Below, piece after piece: positions 46,189 through 55,875 of a stretch of 64,000 nt of DNA. The DNA lies in assembly GCA_963822445.1 (NCBI GenBank), contig CAWGHO010000001.1, positions 1,504,001 through 1,568,000 of the forward strand. Direction: 5' to 3'. Numbering within the stretch: position 1 is the first letter of the stretch; each line of letters opens with the position of its first letter. The notes under the pieces were generated by a model. It was not told the DNA's origin. It saw only the letters and a list, made by a program, of their open reading frames with translations, and did no database searches. Origin of the DNA: an uncultured Acidobacteriota bacterium. GTDB taxonomy: Bacteria; Acidobacteriota; Thermoanaerobaculia; Gp7-AA8. Made by a program: the position numbers and the translations under genes.

Positions 46189-47115
46189 TTACCGCAACGC
46201 CAGCGAGCCGTCCGCCTCGGGCACCGATCCGCCGAGCTGCTGCTGCTCGTACTTTTCGATCTGCGCCGTACGCTTGTCGTAGTTCGTCATGACCTTCTTC
46301 ACGTAAGTGCGGGTCTCGCGGAACGGCGGGATGCCCTTGTAGCGCATCACGTTGCCCTCGCCGCCGTTGTACGCGGCGATGATCTTCTTCGTGTCGCCGT
46401 TGAAGCGCTTGTTCAGGTAGGCGATGTACTTCACGCCGGCGTCGACGTTCTGCTCGGGATCGTAGAGGTTGTTCGCGCCCATCCAGCGGCCGGTACGTGG
46501 CATGAGCTGCATGAGACCTTTCGCGCCGACGTGCGACTTCGCCCGCGGCTTGAAGCGCGATTCCTGTTCGATCACGGCCGCGACGAGCGCCGGATCGACG
46601 TCATACTTTTTCGACTTCTCCCAGATCAGCTCACCGAACGGGATCTCCTCCGCGAAAAACGCCGCGCGGACCGATTCGTTGATTCGCTTCATCTCGTTGA
46701 AGAAGAGACCGTGCTTCTTCTCCTCCGGCTCGGCCGCATCCGCGGTCAGCCACTCCTCGGTCGCAATCCACTTCTGATCGAAGAGCGAGAGCTCGCGGGT
46801 GACGTACTTGTCGGGCAGGGCCTGGGAAAGCTTGAAGAGCGTGTTGCCGGAGAAGCCGCCCTTCACGTTTGCGACGACCTTCTGGTCCTCCCCCTTCGTG
46901 CGCACCACGCGCACGGAGTCGAGATCCTTCTGGACGAGGAAATGGACGTTGTCGAACGTCTCGGCGACGCCGCCGATGGAAAGTGCCGTTCCGAGAAGAA
47001 GAGCGGCCGCACCGCGGCCACCGACGAAGGAGATGATGCGGTGACGCTCGACTGCTTTGCGTCCGCGAGCAACGCGCATGGAGATCTCGTGCTTCATCGG
47101 TCTCTTTTTCGTCAT
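46189..47115 (-). CDS. SLT-domain lytic transglycosylase
   Basis: AVIEQES, GAKGLMQLMP, AAYNGGEG and PPFRETRTYV; start uncertain. Confidence 0.88.
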   Translation of the reverse strand: MTKKRPMKHEISMRVARGRKAVERHRIISFVGGRGAAALLLGTALSIGGVAETFDNVHFLVQKDLDSVRVVRTKGEDQKVVANVKGGFSGNTLFKLSQALPDKYVTRELSLFDQKWIATEEWLTADAAEPEEKKHGLFFNEMKRINESVRAAFFAEEIPFGELIWEKSKKYDVDPALVAAVIEQESRFKPRAKSHVGAKGLMQLMPRTGRWMGANNLYDPEQNVDAGVKYIAYLNKRFNGDTKKIIAAYNGGEGNVMRYKGIPPFRETRTYVKKVMTNYDKRTAQIEKYEQQQLGGSVPEADGSLALR

Positions 47116-47254
47116 CAGCTCTCCGTTCGTTGGGGGATGGTTATTGTAATACAAATAAGTTGAATTTACCGGATCGCGCTGTTTAACGGTCTGACACGAG
47201 GGAATATGTCGCGCCGAGGCGGGCTGGACAGCTAAAACGCGTGTTTACAGCGAC

Positions 47255-47800
47255 TTACTCGCTGAAAACTTCTGCGGAGAAACGCTCGATCCGGCAGTCC
47301 GGAGAGCGCCACGCATCGGGGGGCAGACCCGCCTTCGTGCAGGTGTGGCTGAGGAAGGTCTCCAGGTCCCAGCCGAAGTCCGTGGCCACCTGCGGCAGCA
47401 GGAGGCCGGTGTTGCGGCCTTTGGTGATGATGAGCCCGTCACGGCCGACTTCGATCTCAGCCGTATCTTTCACCACCTCGATCGGCCCCATCACCGAGAT
47501 CTCCAGCTCGACGTTGGCGAGCTCTTCCTTCGTGAGCGGGTAAAACCGGGGATCGCGGAAGGCCGCATTCACCCCGCTGGAAGCGACGGCCTGGACGAGC
47601 GGAGCGACGGGAACGATCGAGCCGATACAGCCGCGCAGATCGCCGCCCTTGTCGTGCAGCGAAACGAACGCGCCCGCGGGACGGCGAAGCACTTCATCGA
47701 ACTCAGCCGGATCGAGCTGCGGACGCCGGCCGTCGAGTACGGCCGCGATCGCCTCACGGGCGATCGTCAACAACTGGCTGCGCTGTTCCTGGCTGAGCAT
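47255..47800 (-). CDS. amrA: AmmeMemoRadiSam system protein A (AMMECR1)
   Basis: GAFVSL, LRGCIG, DPRF, GRDGL, GLLLPQVA and KAGL. Confidence 0.93.
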   Translation of the reverse strand: MLSQEQRSQLLTIAREAIAAVLDGRRPQLDPAEFDEVLRRPAGAFVSLHDKGGDLRGCIGSIVPVAPLVQAVASSGVNAAFRDPRFYPLTKEELANVELEISVMGPIEVVKDTAEIEVGRDGLIITKGRNTGLLLPQVATDFGWDLETFLSHTCTKAGLPPDAWRSPDCRIERFSAEVFSE

Positions 47801-48065
47801 TTTTTCCGCGGTAGATGAGCATCAGGTTGCGGAGATAAACGATCAATCCGCCCGCCTGAGCGACGGTAAACACGGTGTCCCGAATGTGAATTGCGTAGAT
47901 CAGGGTGATGATCCCGCCGGTGAGCGACAGGTACCAGAACACGATCGGGATGTAGCTGACCTTCTTCCGCTCCGAGGCGATCCACTGGATGATGAAACGC
48001 GATCCGAAGATGAGCTGTCCGACAAGGCCGAACGCCACCCACAGATCCCAGTTGAACCCCCTCAC
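47754..48065 (-). CDS. Lipid-A-disaccharide synthase N-terminal (LAB_N) domain membrane protein
   Basis: GLVGQLIFGSRFIIQWIASER...P..FWYLSL.GG...YLRNL; the GTG start overlaps the GT2 stop. Confidence 0.85.
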   Translation of the reverse strand: MRGFNWDLWVAFGLVGQLIFGSRFIIQWIASERKKVSYIPIVFWYLSLTGGIITLIYAIHIRDTVFTVAQAGGLIVYLRNLMLIYRGKNAQPGTAQPVVDDRP

Positions 48066-48788
48066 CGCGGATCCTCGGACACCCGGTAATTCAACATCCG
48101 CTTGCCCATCCAGCGCACGGCGAAGCAATCGACGAGACCGCGAGCCGCGCGATTCATGGCCCCGTACTTGGAAACGCCGAAGCGCCGCTGGCGATGGTTG
48201 ACCGGCATCTCGATGACGCGATAGCCGGCGTAGCGGACCAGCGTCGGCAGAAAGCGATGCATGCCCGTGAAGAGGCGCACGCGATCGATGGCCTCGCGCT
48301 TCACCAGCTTCAGCGAGCAACCGGTGTCGGTGATCTGATCGCCGGTGATCCAGTTCCGCACGCCGTTCCCGATTCTCGACTGCATCTTCCGGCTCCAGGT
48401 GTCCTGCCGGTTCACCCGCACGCCGATGACCATGTCCGACTTCGTTTCCTCGAGCTTCTGGATCATGTGCGGGATGTCGGCGGGATCGTTCTGCAGGTCG
48501 GCGTCGAGCGGACACGACCAGCGTCCCTTCCGCCGCGCGCCACGCGGCGTCGAGTGCCGCGGTTTGCCCGCTGTTCTTCTCGAACGAGAGCACGCGCAGC
48601 ATCGGATAACGCTCACGGCTCGCGCGAAGGACCTCGAGGCTGCGATCGGTCGATCCGTCGTCGACAGCCACGATCTCGTAGGTCCAGCCCCGCCCTTCCA
48701 AAGCCGCGGCGATCTCGCGGAGGAGGATGGGGATGTTCTCTTCCTCGTTGTAGACGGGGAAGACGACGGAGAGGTCGGGACGGCTCAA
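48062..48788 (-). CDS. GT2 polyprenol-phosphate glycosyltransferase (frameshift near 48510)
   Basis: PVYNEEEN, VDDGSTD, NSGQTAA, then LDADLQNDP, DTGCSLK and HRFLPTL. Confidence 0.9.
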
Positions 48789-49546
48789 GATTGCGGGAGT
48801 CTAACCGAGAAAACTCGCTCGAAATTTGCGGTGGTCTGCTCGGCCACGGCCTCCACGGAAACGTCCCAAAGCTTCGCCAGAAGCTGGGCAACCGCGACGA
48901 CGTACGCGGGCTCGTTGTCGCGTCCGCGATACGGCACCGGCGCGAGATACGGAGTGTCGGTCTCGATCAGCACGCGGTCGTGCGGCAGTCCGCGCGCGAC
49001 GTCGCGCAGCGATTCGGCATTGCGGAACGTGACGATGCCGGAGAAGGAGATGTAGTAGCCGAGATCCACGAGCTTCTGCGCGACCTCGAGCGATTCGGTG
49101 TACGAGTGCAGAATCCCCCGCACGCCGCTACGCGACAGGATCTCGACCATGTCCTCGGTCGACTCGCGGTTGTGCACGATCACCGGCTTGTCGAGCTCGT
49201 TCGCCAGGGCGATGTGCCGCTCGAACACCTCGCGTTGCGCGTCGCGCGGCGAGAAGTCGTAGTGGTAGTCGAGGCCGATCTCGCCGATCGCGACGACCCG
49301 TTCCTCCCGCGCCAGCCGCGCGATCTCCGCGAACGCCGCGTCATCGCAATGCTTCGCGTCGTGCGGATGAAAGCCGACGCCGGCCCAGACATCCGCGTTC
49401 TTCTGCGCGATCTCCACGGCCTGCGGCGCGTCCTCGAGCTTCGTCGCCGGCACCACGAATCCGCGAACCCCCGCGGCCCGTGCCGCGGCGAGATTCGCCT
49501 CGGCATTCGACATCGTCAGATGGCAGTGGGAGTCGGTGAAGATCAC
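48785..49546 (-). CDS. tatD: TatD family hydrolase
   Basis: DSHCHL, GFHPH, GEIGLDY, VHNRE, SFSG and IETDTPYLAP. Confidence 0.93.
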   Translation of the reverse strand: MIFTDSHCHLTMSNAEANLAAARAAGVRGFVVPATKLEDAPQAVEIAQKNADVWAGVGFHPHDAKHCDDAAFAEIARLAREERVVAIGEIGLDYHYDFSPRDAQREVFERHIALANELDKPVIVHNRESTEDMVEILSRSGVRGILHSYTESLEVAQKLVDLGYYISFSGIVTFRNAESLRDVARGLPHDRVLIETDTPYLAPVPYRGRDNEPAYVVAVAQLLAKLWDVSVEAVAEQTTANFERVFSVRLPQS

Positions 49547-50733
49547 GTGCGCTCCACGAGCATCGAAAGTCCCATGCCTCCGCTGATGCACAGCGTGGCC
49601 AGGCCGAGGCGTTTCTCTCGCGTGTGCAGCGCATGCAACAGCGTGGTGGTGATGCGCGCGCCCGTCGCGCCGATCGGATGCCCGAGCGAGATCGCGCCAC
49701 CGTGCACGTTGAGTTTCGCGGGATCAAGGTGCAGCTCGCGATCGCAGGCGATGACCTGCGCGGCGAAGGCCTCGTTCAGTTCGATGAGATCGATGTCCTC
49801 GAGCGCGACCCCAGTCTCCTCGAGCAGTTTGCGCGTCGCGGGAACGGGTCCGATGCCCATGATCTTCGGATCGACGCCGGCCTGGGCGCAGCCGACGATG
49901 CGAGCCAGCGGCTGCAAGCCGTGACGTTTCACCGCGTCGCCGCTGGCCACGAGCATGCTCGAAGCGCCGTCGGTCACGCCCGAAGAGTTGCCCGCGTGCA
50001 CGGTCCCCTGCTTGCGAAACACGGGCGGCAGTTTGGCCATGCTGCCGAGGTCCGCGTCCAAGCGGGGATGCTCGTCCTTGTCGATGACTGTGTCCCCTTT
50101 TCGTCCCGCGACCGTCACCGGCACGATCTCGTCGGTGAATCGGTTCTCGTCATACGCCCGGCCCGCTTTCGACTGCGACTCGACAGCGAAGCGGTCCTGT
50201 TCCTCGCGACTGATGCCGTAGCGATCCGCGAGCGTTTCCGCGGTCGAGCCCATCATCTCGTCGGCGAGCGGGCACAGGAAGCCGTCGCGAACCATTCCGT
50301 CGATGACCTCGTCGTTCCCCATCCGATAGCCCCACCGCGCGCGTGGAAGCAGGTACGGCGTGTTCGACATCGACTCCGTTCCGCCCGCGAGCACGACGCT
50401 CACTTCGCCCAGGCGGATCTGATCCGCGGCATTCATGATCGCGCGCAGACCCGAGCCGCAAGCCTGATTGACGGTGTACGCCGGGACTTCGTGGCGCAGA
50501 CCGCTGCGGATCGCGATCTGCCGCGCCGAATTCGGACCGACGCCGGCCTGCCGCGCGTTGCCGAAGATCACTTCGTCGATCGCGGCCGGATCGATTCCGC
50601 TCCGGGCAACCGTCACCTTCGCGCTTTCGGTCCCGAGCTGCGGCGCGGTGAGTGAAGCGAGGCCGCCTCCGAACTTTCCGATGGGGGTGCGAACGGCGGC
50701 GATGAGGTAGATGTCGTGGGTCAGCTTCGGCAT
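49543..50733 (-). CDS. Acetyl-CoA C-acyltransferase (thiolase)
   Basis: NQACGSG, NEAFA, GHPIGATG and CISGG. Confidence 0.94.
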   Translation of the reverse strand: MPKLTHDIYLIAAVRTPIGKFGGGLASLTAPQLGTESAKVTVARSGIDPAAIDEVIFGNARQAGVGPNSARQIAIRSGLRHEVPAYTVNQACGSGLRAIMNAADQIRLGEVSVVLAGGTESMSNTPYLLPRARWGYRMGNDEVIDGMVRDGFLCPLADEMMGSTAETLADRYGISREEQDRFAVESQSKAGRAYDENRFTDEIVPVTVAGRKGDTVIDKDEHPRLDADLGSMAKLPPVFRKQGTVHAGNSSGVTDGASSMLVASGDAVKRHGLQPLARIVGCAQAGVDPKIMGIGPVPATRKLLEETGVALEDIDLIELNEAFAAQVIACDRELHLDPAKLNVHGGAISLGHPIGATGARITTTLLHALHTREKRLGLATLCISGGMGLSMLVERT

Positions 50734-51731
50734 AGGTCGATGACGAGTTGCTCGTACGTATCCACCGCATCGAGCAATTCCCGTTTGGCGATCTTCTCAT
50801 CCACGCCGTGCGCGTCGAGGATCGAGCCGGGGCCGAACAGCAGGGGCTTGCCGAGGTTGCTGAGCCAGGGGACGTCGGTGTTGAAAGCGACCACCGCGGA
50901 CGGCCGGCCTTCGGGAACGTGCATGAACTGCGGGACGTTGCCGCGCGAGGTCGTGATCACGCCCTTGTGCTCGGACAGCAGGTCTTCGAGACGCGACTGC
51001 ACATCCTCGGGCGTCGTAACGAGGCGGAACATGATTTCGCACTCGGCCTGCGCGGCGATGATGTTCGGCTTCTCGCCGCCGCGCACCACGCCGCAATTGA
51101 CCGTCGTGCGGCCGAGGATGTCGTGCGAGCCCCAGTTCGTGTGATTGATCTCCGCGACCGCCGCAACCATGCGATGAATCGCGGAGTCGCCGCGCTCGGG
51201 ATACGCTGAGTGCGCGGCCACGCCCTCGAAGCGGATCACGCAGGTCAGCGCGCCTTTCGAGGCTCGCGCGAACGTCGACTCGGTCGGCTCGCCGACAACG
51301 CAGTACTCCGATCCGAGCCCGGCGAAATGCTCGTTCGCTTTCTTCGCGCCGATCGAGTCCGTCTCTTCTCCGACTACGAACAGGAACGCAAAGTCATTCA
51401 CGTTCTTCGAGCGAAGCCGCTCGCCGGCGGCGATCATCGCCGCGATGATCCCCTTCGTATCGCACGAGCCGCGGCCGTACACGAATTCGTCGTCTTCGCG
51501 CGACGCGAACCACGGCGGCACCGTATCGATGTGCGAGTTGAGGATGACCCGCGGCCGCCCTCCCGCCGACGCGTAAAGATTGAAGCGGTCCTTCGAGATC
51601 TCATGGCGGCGCGTTGCAAAGCCGAGCCGCGTCAGCTCGCGGTCGAGCAACTCCCCCACCGCGAATTCATGATCGCTGGCCGAGGGAACGTCGATGAGCT
51701 GGCGCGCGAAGGCGATGGGGTCGATCGGCAT
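50721..51731 (-). CDS. M20 metallopeptidase (acetylornithine deacetylase-like)
   Basis: NSHIDTVPP, GRGSCDTKG, VGEE, GEPT and GPGSILDAH. Confidence 0.9.
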   Translation of the reverse strand: MPIDPIAFARQLIDVPSASDHEFAVGELLDRELTRLGFATRRHEISKDRFNLYASAGGRPRVILNSHIDTVPPWFASREDDEFVYGRGSCDTKGIIAAMIAAGERLRSKNVNDFAFLFVVGEETDSIGAKKANEHFAGLGSEYCVVGEPTESTFARASKGALTCVIRFEGVAAHSAYPERGDSAIHRMVAAVAEINHTNWGSHDILGRTTVNCGVVRGGEKPNIIAAQAECEIMFRLVTTPEDVQSRLEDLLSEHKGVITTSRGNVPQFMHVPEGRPSAVVAFNTDVPWLSNLGKPLLFGPGSILDAHGVDEKIAKRELLDAVDTYEQLVIDLCRS

Positions 51732-51747
51732 GGGGGCGCGATTGTAC

Positions 51748-53328
51748 TCACGGCTTGCGCCGGCCGCGGAACGGGCGCTGTCCCTGCGCCCCTTTGACCA
51801 GCTCGCGGAAGCGCATCAGATCGGGATCGCGAGGGCTGATCGTCTCCAGCTCCTGCACCAGCGTCGCGGCCTTTTCGTGATCGCGATCGAGCACCGCCAG
51901 GCCGATCTCGGTCAGCTTGCGCTCCCGCAGTTCGAGCCGGTCGGCGTTCTCGAGGGCGGTGTGCAGCTCGTGGCGCGCCAGCGGAAAGTCGCGGCCGAAC
52001 AGCGCGATCTGCCCGAGCCGGAAATGCGCCTTGGCATGGTTCGGATCGAGCTCGATCGCCGATTCGAAAGCTTCCCGCGCGCGGAACGGCTGGCGCTCGA
52101 CGAGCCGCACCAGACCATCGTTGTAGAAGTCGTCCGCGGTCCTCGGCGCGGTGGTGGACTTGTCCACCGGCTCGATGACGACCGCCGTGGTCGTCGTCGG
52201 TTGCGCGTCTTCTTCGACTGACGAAGTAGTCACGGCGGCCGCGGAGACTTCCATCGTCGTCGTCGACACCACGACGCTCGACGAGGTCGTCACGGCGACC
52301 GGTTTCGCGGGCGGTGCCGGCGGTGTGGGCCGCGGCCGGAGAATGACGATCGTCACCAGCGCGATCGCGATGACCAACGCGAAAACGGCGGCGATCGCCG
52401 GCCATCGACGCGGCGCCTTGTTCGGCTCCGTCAGCACGGTTGCCGCCGCGGCAGCGTTCGGCCCACTGCGTCTCGTGTAGGCGACGGTAGGCGCAACCGC
52501 CAGGTGTTGTTCGAGCGCGCCGCCCAGTTCACGCGCATTCGCGAACCGATCCTCGGGATTCTTCTGCAGACAGCGGAGGATGATCGCTTCGAGCCCCGGC
52601 GTGACCAATCCGCGCAATGGCGGAGGCTCGTCGCGCGCGATCTGCATGATCGTCTCGGTCGGCGATTGTCCGTAAAACGGCAACCGTCCCGTGGCCGCCT
52701 GATAAAGAAGAACGCCCAGCGAAAAGATGTCCGTCCGCGCGTCGACCGGCCGGCCCAGAGCCTGTTCCGGCGACATGTACGTGACCGTCCCGATGATCAT
52801 GCCCGTCTGCGTGCGAAACGCGGTCGGATCGTTCTCCCCGACCGCGGGCTCGAGCCCGGTCCGCTTCGCGATCCCGAAGTCGAGCACCTTCACCCGCTGT
52901 CCGTTCACGACGACGTTGTCCGGCTTGATGTCGCGATGGACGATCGACTTCGCGTGCGCGTCGGCCAGCGCGTCAGCGATGCTCCGGCCGATCCGGCAGA
53001 CTTCCGCTTCGGCCAGCGGACCGCGCCGGATGAGGTTCGTCAGCGGCTCGCCTTCGACGTACTCCATGACGATGAACAGCCGCCCTTCGGCCTCTTCGAA
53101 GGCGTGGATCATGGCTATGTTCGGATGGTTGAGCTGCGCCGCTGTGCGCGCCTCGCGGCGCAGCCGGCCGATGGCGTCCGCATCCGCGGCGACCGCGCTC
53201 GGGAGCACTTTGATCGCCACGGTGCGGCCGAGGCGGGTGTCCTCCGCCTTCCACACCTCGCCCATCCCGCCGGCGCCCAGGGGGCTGATCAGGCGGTACG
53301 CGCCGAGGTTGGTGTTCGGCTCGAGCAT
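51748..53328 (-). CDS. Membrane Ser/Thr protein kinase with extracytoplasmic TPR domain
   Basis: GAGGMGEV, VAIK, HRDIKPDN, DFG and YMSPEQ; then TM, Thr/Val-rich linker and TPR. Confidence 0.92.
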   Translation of the reverse strand: MLEPNTNLGAYRLISPLGAGGMGEVWKAEDTRLGRTVAIKVLPSAVAADADAIGRLRREARTAAQLNHPNIAMIHAFEEAEGRLFIVMEYVEGEPLTNLIRRGPLAEAEVCRIGRSIADALADAHAKSIVHRDIKPDNVVVNGQRVKVLDFGIAKRTGLEPAVGENDPTAFRTQTGMIIGTVTYMSPEQALGRPVDARTDIFSLGVLLYQAATGRLPFYGQSPTETIMQIARDEPPPLRGLVTPGLEAIILRCLQKNPEDRFANARELGGALEQHLAVAPTVAYTRRSGPNAAAAATVLTEPNKAPRRWPAIAAVFALVIAIALVTIVILRPRPTPPAPPAKPVAVTTSSSVVVSTTTMEVSAAAVTTSSVEEDAQPTTTTAVVIEPVDKSTTAPRTADDFYNDGLVRLVERQPFRAREAFESAIELDPNHAKAHFRLGQIALFGRDFPLARHELHTALENADRLELRERKLTEIGLAVLDRDHEKAATLVQELETISPRDPDLMRFRELVKGAQGQRPFRGRRKP

Positions 53329-53418
53329 TGGCGGACACATTGTAGGACAGAGCGTCCGGTGCAGAGGCCAAATCACACGATCGAAATAACTTACGCCGCT
53401 CGCTGCTTACCTGATGAC

Positions 53419-54466
53419 GTGCGAAAGGCTCTCGTTTTCCTCGCGTTTCTGATGGCCGCGACCGTACATGCGGAGACGACCTTCGTCTCTCCGCTGCAGG
53501 GTTCCCAGGCCCTCGGGCCGACGGTCCTGGAAGTCACGACGACCGCGTCGAACGTGGACCGCGTCGAGTTCTCCGTCGATGGCGTGCTGGCCGGTGTCGC
53601 GCGGACCAAGCCGTATCGCGTGGCCTTCGATTTCGGGACGTCGCTCAACACGCGCAACGATCACGGCGAAGGTGTGGTCGAACGGCTACAAGACTTCCGA
53701 GGTTGCGACGATCACCACCGCGGCCCTGAGCGCGAACGACAGCCTGACCATCGACCTCGTCGAGATTCCGATCCGCCTGCGGTCGGCGAAAGTAGTGAAA
53801 GCCGCCGACCTGCGCGTTCGCGAGAACGGCGTGGAGCAGGAGATTCGCGACGTGCGGCAGGAGCGTCCGCCCGCGCACTTTGCGTTCGTCGTCGACCGCT
53901 CGCTGAGCATGGGCGGCGGCAAGCTCGAAGCCGCGTTGCGCGCGATTCAAACCGCCACGCGCCAGCTTCGCGCCGGCGACACGGCCTCGGTCGTGCTCTT
54001 CAACCACCACGTGGCGAAAGCGCAGCCGATCGAAGCCGTCCGGACGCTGAAACTGGTTCCCTCGGGCGGCACATCGCTGCGCGACGCGCTGGCATCCGTC
54101 GACACGAAGAAGCGGACGTACGCGTTCGTGATCACCGACGGCGGCGATCGCAACAGCCAGCTCACCGACGAGCAGGCCCTGCGCAGGATCAGCGGCACGC
54201 GCACCGTCGTCAACGCGATCGTCCTCGGCGACTCCCACGCGAAGTTTCTCGACCGCGCGGCGAAGAACACCGGCGGCAGCGTCGTGTCGGCGACGAAAGA
54301 CTCCGTTGCGCGCGAGCTCGGACGGCTGCTGACGGACATCAACAGCCGTTACCTGGTCATCTATCAAAGCGCCGGCACGAAGCGCGGCTGGCGCACGCTC
54401 GATGTGACCCCGCGGCGCCGCGATGTGGAGATCGTTGCGTCGCGGAAGGGGTACTTCGCGGAATGA
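53419..54466 (+). CDS. Exported Ig-like + VWA domain protein (frameshift near 53656)
   Basis: Signal peptide; RVEFSVDG...PY Ig-like domain; MIDAS DRSLSM, GGTSLRDA and ITDGGD. Confidence 0.82.
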
Positions 54467-55875
54467 GGCGCTTTCTCGCGGTTCTCGTTCTCGCAGTGCC
54501 GATGCTCGCCCAGCAGCCGCGGCTCGCGTCCGACTTCGAGATTGCGCAGATGGAGAAGCAGCTCGCGAATGCGCGTGGATTCGAAGCGCAGCTTTCGGCG
54601 CGCTTGAATCTCGGCGATGCGCGCGCGGCCCGCAACGAGCGTTCGCTGGCGGCGACGGAGTACGCGAAGGCGCTGGATCTCGCGACGCGCGAGCGTCTGG
54701 CGGCGCGACGCGAATCGAGCATGACCCGCTACGCGATCGCCACCTCGTACGCGGCGCTGGCGCAGGGGAAGCTCGGCCGCGACGCGGAAGCCTTCGCGCT
54801 GCTCGAAGAATCCGTGCGCTACACGAGTGACGATCCGGAAACGTGGAACCTCTACGCCTCGGCCATGCGCAGCCTCGGACACCCGCGCAAGGCCGTTGCC
54901 GCAGCGCGCAATGCGGTGGCGATCGCGAAGCCGGAGAAGAGACTCGATCTCGCGATCTACCAGCATTCCCTGGCGTCGATGCTCGTCGAGGCGAATGAGC
55001 TCGACGAAGCGGAGCGCCTGCTCGTGACGGTGACGCAGTCGCTCGAGTCGCCGGCATTCGACGCCTTGAAACGCGAAGTCGCGCGCGGGGAGTCGTTCGA
55101 GGTGTATTCGTCGGCGCGCGGGGACGTCGCGGCGTATGTCTCGCTATTGAACCGCGCCCAGTTGCGGCTGGCGTCGTTGTACGAGCGCCGCGGCGCGACG
55201 GCGAAGGCGCGCGAGCAGTACGAGCGGGTGCTGGCCTCGCGTACGGATGACGCGACGGCGCTGGCCGGATTGGCGCGTCTGGCGGGATCGGACGCGGAAC
55301 GCGAGCGGCGGTATGCCGAGGCGTTCGAGGCGAACCCGTTTTCGATGACGCTGGTGCGGGAGTACCAGCGGTATTTGCGCACTGTCATCCCGAGCGAAGT
55401 CGAGGGACCCGGCGGCGTGGGTGGCTCGGTTCGTCTTGCGTTGGTGCACATGGCTCGCGGCAACACCCGCGCGGCACGCAACACTCTCGATGACCTCATC
55501 ACCCGTTTCCCCGAAAACGAAACCCTGCGCACGCTCCGCCGCGAAGCCGAACAGAAACCGGCCGCGCTTCCCAGCGCGAACCCGACGAAAAACGAGCTGC
55601 GCGCTTTGCTCGACGGCTTCGAGCAGCTCACGCCCGAACAGCGCGTCTCGCTCGATTCGCTTGCCTTCACCAGCGCCGCGAAGTTCAACAGAAGCGAAGT
55701 CGCGAACGGCCAGACCATTCTCGAGAAGGGCACGATCGAGGGAGTCCCGTTCCGCTTCGCAACGCCGATGGCCTTCACCGGCGAGTTCGACACCTCGCAA
55801 CCGTTGCAGCTCACGTATCGCATCGCCGGCGTGTCCGGCGACGCGCTGCTGCTCGAACCGGAGTCGGTGCGATGA
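54463..55875 (+). CDS. Exported TPR-repeat protein
   Basis: Signal MRRFLAVLVLAVPMLA; helical TPR-like repeats; C-terminal beta-rich segment. Confidence 0.75.
   Translation: MRRFLAVLVLAVPMLAQQPRLASDFEIAQMEKQLANARGFEAQLSARLNLGDARAARNERSLAATEYAKALDLATRERLAARRESSMTRYAIATSYAALAQGKLGRDAEAFALLEESVRYTSDDPETWNLYASAMRSLGHPRKAVAAARNAVAIAKPEKRLDLAIYQHSLASMLVEANELDEAERLLVTVTQSLESPAFDALKREVARGESFEVYSSARGDVAAYVSLLNRAQLRLASLYERRGATAKAREQYERVLASRTDDATALAGLARLAGSDAERERRYAEAFEANPFSMTLVREYQRYLRTVIPSEVEGPGGVGGSVRLALVHMARGNTRAARNTLDDLITRFPENETLRTLRREAEQKPAALPSANPTKNELRALLDGFEQLTPEQRVSLDSLAFTSAAKFNRSEVANGQTILEKGTIEGVPFRFATPMAFTGEFDTSQPLQLTYRIAGVSGDALLLEPESVR
55383..55410 (+). repeat. REP-like palindrome in frame inside the TPR gene
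   Basis: TGTCATCCCGAGCGAAGTCGAGGGACCC, read as (T)VIPSEVEGP; resembles the arms at 40052-40164. Confidence 0.65.

Noticed and set aside
47754-48788. GT2-LAB_N fusion protein (344 aa)
   Set aside because: It is created by the frameshift near 48510. The GT2 C-terminus is in another frame ending at 48062, and LAB_N starts at GTG 48065.
52504-55875. 1123-aa ORF as a single giant protein
   Set aside because: It is a chimera of kinase antisense sequence, the VWA N-terminus, an off-frame stretch and the TPR gene, which has its own signal peptide at 54463.
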